Origin: a virus
Direction: 5' to 3' (one strand)
Virus record (IMG/VR): IMGVR_UViG_3300033141_002325
Location: 1 to 46,238 of that record
DNA: 46,238 nt
In this document: positions 42,705 to 46,238 of the stretch, one piece after another
Layout of the letters: each line of letters opens with the position of its first letter
Position numbering within the stretch: position 1 is the first letter of the stretch
The notes under the pieces: generated by a model
What the model was told of the DNA's origin: nothing
The model's database searches: none
The model's input: the letters and a program-made list of their open reading frames with translations, nothing else
Translations under genes and position numbers: made by a program

Positions 42705-43022
42705 TTAGTCCATTGCTTTAAGTTGTTCAATTGCAGCGAGACGGTCTTCCTTGCTTTTACCCTTGATTGCCTTGATCAATTCATCAGTTGTCAAGACCTT
42801 GGCAACCCTCACGCCTTTGGGCATTGCTTTGAACTCGTGCTTCCCGTTCAAATCCTCAAGGGCTTTATTACTCATTGCCCTCATGTTAGCCTGCTCCTTA
42901 ATCCAAATAGCGTCAAAAGCATAGTCCTCAACTTGCTCCTTGGTCAATCCACTAAGATCGCATTCAACTAACAGCGTGTACTTGTTACCCACTTCATTCG
43001 TGACACTTCGTTTCTTTTCCAT
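42705..43022 (-). CDS. Hypothetical protein, first gene of the minus-strand arm
   Basis: ATG 43022 (MEKKRSVTNEV...) follows aagggag by 7 nt. The track start at 43052 has no RBS. Confidence 0.6.
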   Translation of the reverse strand: MEKKRSVTNEVGNKYTLLVECDLSGLTKEQVEDYAFDAIWIKEQANMRAMSNKALEDLNGKHEFKAMPKGVRVAKVLTTDELIKAIKGKSKEDRLAAIEQLKAMD

Positions 43023-43111
43023 GATATTCTCCCTTTCATTCCAGGCACTCATGAAAAAAGACTCGTGTTTATTCAGTTGTCAAAGATCAATTAATCATTG
43101 TTTTTGATTTC

Positions 43112-43140
43112 ATCCTATCAGGTCATTAACCACTTGTCAA
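43112..43140 (-). promoter_or_regulatory. Sigma70-like early promoter for the minus arm
   Basis: The minus strand reads TTGACA (43135-43140), a 17-nt spacer, then TAGGAT (43112-43117). Confidence 0.55.
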
Positions 43141-43337
43141 GCATTATTATAATCCCTAATCATTTCAAGCACTTGCCAACCATCACAATTTGAGGGCTAT
43201 TTCGATGGTTGGGACTCCAGAGGGGGATTAATACGTGCGCGCTATGAGAACTCAAGGTTTTAGATTATGTCCAACTTTTATAATACCACAATATTATGGC
43301 ATTCGCTGCGCTCATTAGGAAGGGAGTGGGGAAAGCA

Positions 43338-43360
43338 GTGTGGGGAATTATTCCCCAAAG
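43338..43360 (+). repeat. G4-N7-C4 quasi-palindrome, copy 9 (in the divergent control region)
   Basis: GTGTGGGGAATTATTCCCCAAAG. It lies about 135 nt upstream of the plus-arm -35 box and is not adjacent to any start codon. Confidence 0.8.
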
Positions 43361-43381
43361 CCGGGCGATCAACTAACATTC

Positions 43382-43451
43382 CAGGTCCGCTAGGACCATG
43401 CCTGAGGACCATTTCCTTGCTCACGTCTACGTCCACGTCCAGGACCTGGAC
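43382..43451. promoter_or_regulatory. GC-rich repeat cluster upstream of the plus-arm promoter (operator candidate)
   Basis: Hairpin GGTCC-GCTA-GGACC (43384-43397). GGACCAT occurs twice (43393, 43406). Tandem ACGTCT-ACGTCC-ACGTCC at 43423-43440. Perfect 15-bp palindrome GTCCAGGACCTGGAC at 43437-43451. Confidence 0.6.
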
Positions 43452-43494
43452 TACGAATGAAATGAACCTTTGAGTAATACCACCAATTATTAGC

Positions 43495-43523
43495 TTGACT
43501 TCTAAGAATATTAATGTTATTAT
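43495..43523 (+). promoter_or_regulatory. Sigma70-like promoter for the plus arm (extended -10)
   Basis: TTGACT (43495-43500), a 17-nt spacer ending in TGT, then TATTAT (43518-43523). The ATG at 43548 lies 25 nt downstream. Confidence 0.65.
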
Positions 43524-43547
43524 GGATTAAGAAGATTGGAGAGAAGG

Positions 43548-44150
43548 ATGCTACAAAATGCGTTAGGGATGAAGAAGTACTTTGACGGTGAGCGTGGGGC
43601 AGACCTGCGGACGAAGCCTCCTGGAATGAGGAAGACTTTCGAGGTTGGCAAGATGTGGGAGGTTCACCAGGAGATCACGAGGCTTATTTTCCTTGGGATG
43701 AAGAACGAGGAGATTGCAGAAAGGCTTAGTGTGAGTCCTGCTATGGTTTCTTACACTCGCAATTCCCAAGTAATTCAAGATAAGCTCGAGTTGATGAAAG
43801 GTGCGAGGGATGCTGAGATTATTGATCTGGGAAAGGAAATTCGTGCGAAGGCTCCTAAGGCTCTCAAGCTTCTTGAGGAAATAGTTGATGGCAAAGAAGT
43901 TAATGGTCAACTTCCTGGCATTAATCTTCGTGCCAAGACTGCTGAGAACTGGATGGATCGTGCCGGGTATCCTGCACAGAAAACAGGTGGAGGAGTTCAC
44001 TTTCATGCTCACTTCACGGCTGACGAGCTTGATGATATTAAGAAGCGTGCCAAGGAGAGTGGCATAGTAATAGACGTGGGAGAAAATAATGAAGAAAATA
44101 TGGGACTATCTGAACCACTTCAGTCCGCGGGAGAATTGGGGAGACTCTAA
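43548..44150 (+). CDS. HTH (sigma70 region 4 / LuxR-type) DNA-binding protein; small-terminase or transcription-regulator candidate
   Basis: About 200 aa from ATG 43548 (the track start is TTG 43536). HTH is ITRLIFLGMKNEEIAERLSVSPAMVSYT. The later LRAKTAENWMDRAGYP resembles a segment I associate with small terminases. This is recollection. Confidence 0.5.
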   Translation: MLQNALGMKKYFDGERGADLRTKPPGMRKTFEVGKMWEVHQEITRLIFLGMKNEEIAERLSVSPAMVSYTRNSQVIQDKLELMKGARDAEIIDLGKEIRAKAPKALKLLEEIVDGKEVNGQLPGINLRAKTAENWMDRAGYPAQKTGGGVHFHAHFTADELDDIKKRAKESGIVIDVGENNEENMGLSEPLQSAGELGRL

Positions 44151-44550
44151 TGAAGTAAGTGGGTTAATTCTTCTTCCTGTAAATGCAATAAGAGATTATT
44201 GCGGCTGGGGATTCTTTGTTCATTGTGCTTATGATCTAAACGGACACTCAATCGATTCCTACCATCACAAGGGTCTTGCCATAGATGGTCACTTCGACCC
44301 TTTAATTCCTTTCGACATTCAAATAGTTAAAGTTGAAGAAGCTCTTCATGATCTTCAGCTTGAAGAGTTTATGGGAGTAGGACTTTATCCTACATGGAAG
44401 AACCTTCGCACACATGAACAGCTTCCTGGATTTCACTTCGACGCCAGAGGTTGGCGAGCTAGGTGGGGATGGATAGGTCAATTGAAACCTGGTGGGAGTA
44501 AGGAGTATTGCTCCTATGAGAAAGCAAAGTATTTTGCAGAAAGTTTGTAA
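44089..44550 (+). CDS. Peptidase M15 (VanY / M15A-like) zinc peptidase, endolysin candidate
   Basis: 153 aa. The metal-site pattern is SIDSYHHKGLAIDGHF plus PGFHFDARG. A holin-like gene follows. It overlaps the previous gene by 62 nt. Confidence 0.75.
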   Translation: MKKIWDYLNHFSPRENWGDSNEVSGLILLPVNAIRDYCGWGFFVHCAYDLNGHSIDSYHHKGLAIDGHFDPLIPFDIQIVKVEEALHDLQLEEFMGVGLYPTWKNLRTHEQLPGFHFDARGWRARWGWIGQLKPGGSKEYCSYEKAKYFAESL

Positions 44551-44559
44551 GGTGAGAAG

Positions 44560-44973
44560 ATGAGTTTTGATCCTATAACAGCAGGACTTAATGTGGCGGG
44601 AAAGGTAATTGACAAGATCTTTCCTGATCCTGAACAAAGAGATAAGGCCAAGTTGGAAATGGCTAAACTTCAGCAAGAGGGCGGGTTTAAGGAAGTCGAG
44701 ATCCAAATGAGTGCTATTATTGCCGAGGCTAAGTCTAGTGATCCTTGGACCTCACGAGCAAGGCCATCATTTCTTTACGTGATGTATTTAATGATTCTTG
44801 CCGCAATTCCTATGGGCATTCTTAGTGCTTTTAATCCTGAAATGGCTGTTCAAATCGCTAATGGAATGAAGGCGTGGCTAAGTAGTATTCCCGATGGATT
44901 GTGGGCAACTTTTGGAATTGGTTATTCTGGCTACACGATTGCACGAAGTGCATGGGATAAAAGTAGAAAATGA
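44560..44973 (+). CDS. Holin ('holin of 3TMs' family-like)
   Basis: 137 aa. The amphipathic N-terminus VIDKIFPDPEQRDKAKLEMAKLQQEG is followed by hydrophobic segments (PSFLYVMYLMILAAIPMGILSAF, LWATFGIGYSGYTIA). It lies adjacent to the peptidase. Confidence 0.65.
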   Translation: MSFDPITAGLNVAGKVIDKIFPDPEQRDKAKLEMAKLQQEGGFKEVEIQMSAIIAEAKSSDPWTSRARPSFLYVMYLMILAAIPMGILSAFNPEMAVQIANGMKAWLSSIPDGLWATFGIGYSGYTIARSAWDKSRK

Positions 44974-45332
44974 AGGAGGATGAGATGGAAGTAGTTAAGG
45001 AACTAGGTCATATTGCAGGTGGTTATGAGACGATTACTGTAGACAATACTGCAGGAGGTGTTGGCTTTACGGCCGGGAAGATTAGGCCCACGTCTGGAGA
45101 CTTCAAAGGAAAGGCTTGTCAAAAGGCTGTGATTACGGTTGAAAATGAGAGTATTCGTTACACTCTTGATGGAACAGCGCCTGTATCAGGTGTTGCAGCA
45201 GCTGCAAAGCACGGTCACTTAGTTGCAGCAGGTGGATCGATTACTATCAATCATCCAAAAAGCATAAGTAATTTTCTAGTCATTTCTATTGGTGCCACGG
45301 ATGCTTGGCTGAGAGTTACTTATGAGTTCTAA
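44970..45332 (+). CDS. Hypothetical beta-rich protein
   Basis: 120 aa. The ATG at 44970 overlaps the holin stop (ATGA). An alternative ATG at 44985 follows gaaggagg. Confidence 0.6.
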   Translation: MKEDEMEVVKELGHIAGGYETITVDNTAGGVGFTAGKIRPTSGDFKGKACQKAVITVENESIRYTLDGTAPVSGVAAAAKHGHLVAAGGSITINHPKSISNFLVISIGATDAWLRVTYEF

Positions 45333-45343
45333 GGAGGTTGAAT

Positions 45344-45366
45344 CTATGGGGAATTTATCCCCAAAG
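45344..45366 (+). repeat. G4-N7-C4 quasi-palindrome, copy 10
   Basis: CTATGGGGAATTTATCCCCAAAG. It begins 11 nt after stop TAA 45330-45332, and aaggagg sits just upstream of its internal ATG. Confidence 0.85.
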
Positions 45367-45401
45367 CGAATGGGAGCAAAGCTCTCTTGAAGGAGGTTAT
45401 A

Positions 45402-45545
45402 GTGGCTGGAACTAAGAGAGGTGCAGGAAAAGGAGAAGGACAAACTGGTGGAGGAAGAAGGAATAAAAACGATGCTCCTTGTCCTGCTGGAGGTCCTGGA
45501 AAAGGAAAAGGTGGTGGACGAGGTAAAGGGACTAATAGAAAATGA
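45402..45545 (+). CDS. Gly/Lys/Arg-rich 47-aa basic peptide translationally coupled to terL, absent from the ORF track
   Basis: GTG 45402 lies 5 nt after gaaggagg. Translation: VAGTKRGAGKGEGQTGGGRRNKNDAPCPAGGPGKGKGGGRGKGTNRK. The stop TGA at 45543-45545 overlaps the terL ATG at 45542 (ATGA). Confidence 0.5.
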   Translation: MAGTKRGAGKGEGQTGGGRRNKNDAPCPAGGPGKGKGGGRGKGTNRK

Positions 45546-46238
45546 AGGAAGATCCGTTTATCAAAGCTATGATGGAGCAAGCTTTTCTCAGCACTCGTGC
45601 TTTGTGCAAGCTTTTTCTAAGTGATATTTTTAGTGCTCCGTTCTCAACTTTGCATGATCAGATCTTCGAGTTGATTGATTCTGGACACAACAAAATAGCT
45701 ATCGCTGCTCCTCGTGGAATTGGCAAAACTTCTATTGCACGAGCAGTTGCAACGAAGGCTATTCTTTATCGTTTGAAGAAGTTCATTGTCTACGTTTCGA
45801 ATAGTGCCACGATGGCTGAGATGCAGACTGAGAACATCAAACGCGATTTGATGACTAACACAACAATCAAGAAGCTCTTTGGAAATATTAAGATGAGTGA
45901 TGTAGAAGGTGCTGATGATACTTTCTCTAAGCTTGCGTGGGTAGCATTTGGAAACACTTTCGTTCTTCCTCGTGGAAGTGGTCAGCAGGTTCGTGGTCTT
46001 AACTGGGCAAATGTCAGACCTGAGCTTATTATTATTGATGATCTTGAGGATAAGGAAGAGGTCAAGAACGAGGAAATAAGGAAGAAACAAAGAGAGTGGT
46101 TCTTTAGTGATCTTCTTAAAACGGAAGATAAGTATGGTAATCCTACTGTGTTCATCTACATCGACACGATCAAGCACGAAGATTCTCTTCTCGAACTGTT
46201 GATGGAATCTCCTGAGTGGGCAAGTATTCGTTTAAGTA
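45542..46238 (+). CDS. terL: Terminase large subunit, N-terminal ATPase part (the ORF runs off the window end and continues at base 115 by circularity)
   Basis: My own translation is MKEDPFIKAMMEQAF...KIAIAAPRGIGKTSIARA (Walker A) ...RPELIIIDDLED (Walker B). It is not in the ORF track because there is no stop before the window end. Confidence 0.9.
   Translation, partial: MKEDPFIKAMMEQAFLSTRALCKLFLSDIFSAPFSTLHDQIFELIDSGHNKIAIAAPRGIGKTSIARAVATKAILYRLKKFIVYVSNSATMAEMQTENIKRDLMTNTTIKKLFGNIKMSDVEGADDTFSKLAWVAFGNTFVLPRGSGQQVRGLNWANVRPELIIIDDLEDKEEVKNEEIRKKQREWFFSDLLKTEDKYGNPTVFIYIDTIKHEDSLLELLMESPEWASIRLS
46125..46238. repeat. Terminal overlap, copy 2 (identical to 1-114)
   Basis: See copy 1. The overlap falls inside terL. 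Confidence 0.95.

Noticed and set aside
43267-43473. 68-aa plus-strand ORF in the divergent control region
   Set aside because: It has no RBS. It spans palindrome copy 9 and the GGACC/ACGTCY repeat island, and it lies upstream of the plus-arm promoter.
4234-45366. The palindrome copies as a CRISPR array, as terminators, or as conserved micro-ORFs (MGN.SPK...)
   Set aside because: The copies are scattered 1.6-8 kb apart rather than regularly spaced. No U-tract follows them. Only 6 of 10 contain the ATG (CTATGGGG), and the downstream frames differ, so a coding explanation does not hold.
45344-45624. Track ORFs 45421..45624 (+) and 45344..45580 (-)
   Set aside because: Both are out of frame with, or antisense to, the RBS-supported 45402..45545 peptide and the terL start. 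The plus ORF would run 80 nt into terL in the wrong frame.
45644-46177. 177-aa minus-strand ORF from the track
   Set aside because: It lies entirely antisense to the terL ATPase domain (Walker A/B are readable on the plus strand). It has no RBS.
1-46238. Lysogeny module (integrase, repressor, attP) or defence/anti-defence cassettes such as toxin-antitoxin, retron or DGR
   Set aside because: No ORF shows integrase, recombinase or reverse-transcriptase motifs on reading the translations. The tRNA-like locus has both 5' and 3' halves, so it is not a simple attP remnant. Small unknown early ORFs could still hide anti-defence functions.

Overview
The window is a complete, circularly closed genome of a tailed dsDNA bacteriophage. 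Bases 1-114 are identical to 46125-46238, so the unique length is 46,124 bp. The phage is probably short-tailed and lytic, since I found no integrase, repressor or RNA polymerase gene. Two transcription arms diverge from a 0.5-kb control region at 43.05-43.55 kb. The plus arm carries an HTH/small-terminase candidate, an M15 peptidase endolysin, a 3-TM holin, terL (split by the window edge) and fibre-like genes. It continues with an intein-bearing portal, scaffold, capsid, RCC1- and Kelch-propeller fibre proteins and internal virion proteins, ending in a 1803-aa giant. The minus arm carries about 25 small early ORFs, DNA ligase, and a Cas4-like exonuclease + Sak4-like ATPase + SSB-like trio. 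It also carries a ParB-methyltransferase fusion, dCMP deaminase, a UDG-like/PolA fusion and a DUF3987-like ATPase. The arms converge and overlap at 25.35 kb. A bacterial host is inferred from sigma70-type promoters, strong GGAGG ribosome-binding sites and a peptidoglycan peptidase. The most unusual signals are these. (1) A 23-nt G4-N7-C4 quasi-palindrome occurs at least 10 times, mostly in the short gaps in front of genes. (2) A Leu-type class II tRNA gene is interrupted by 21-nt and 57-nt insertions, each flanked by 5-nt direct repeats. (3) A 0.5-kb non-coding hub has inverted TATGTC iterons around a pyrimidine tract and T13-(TA)7-(AG)7. (4) The portal carries a LAGLIDADG intein with a non-canonical ...GQ/S C-terminal junction. 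(5) Two adjacent fibre genes share an N-terminal module but end in different beta-propellers. All family names come from motifs read by eye; no database search was run.
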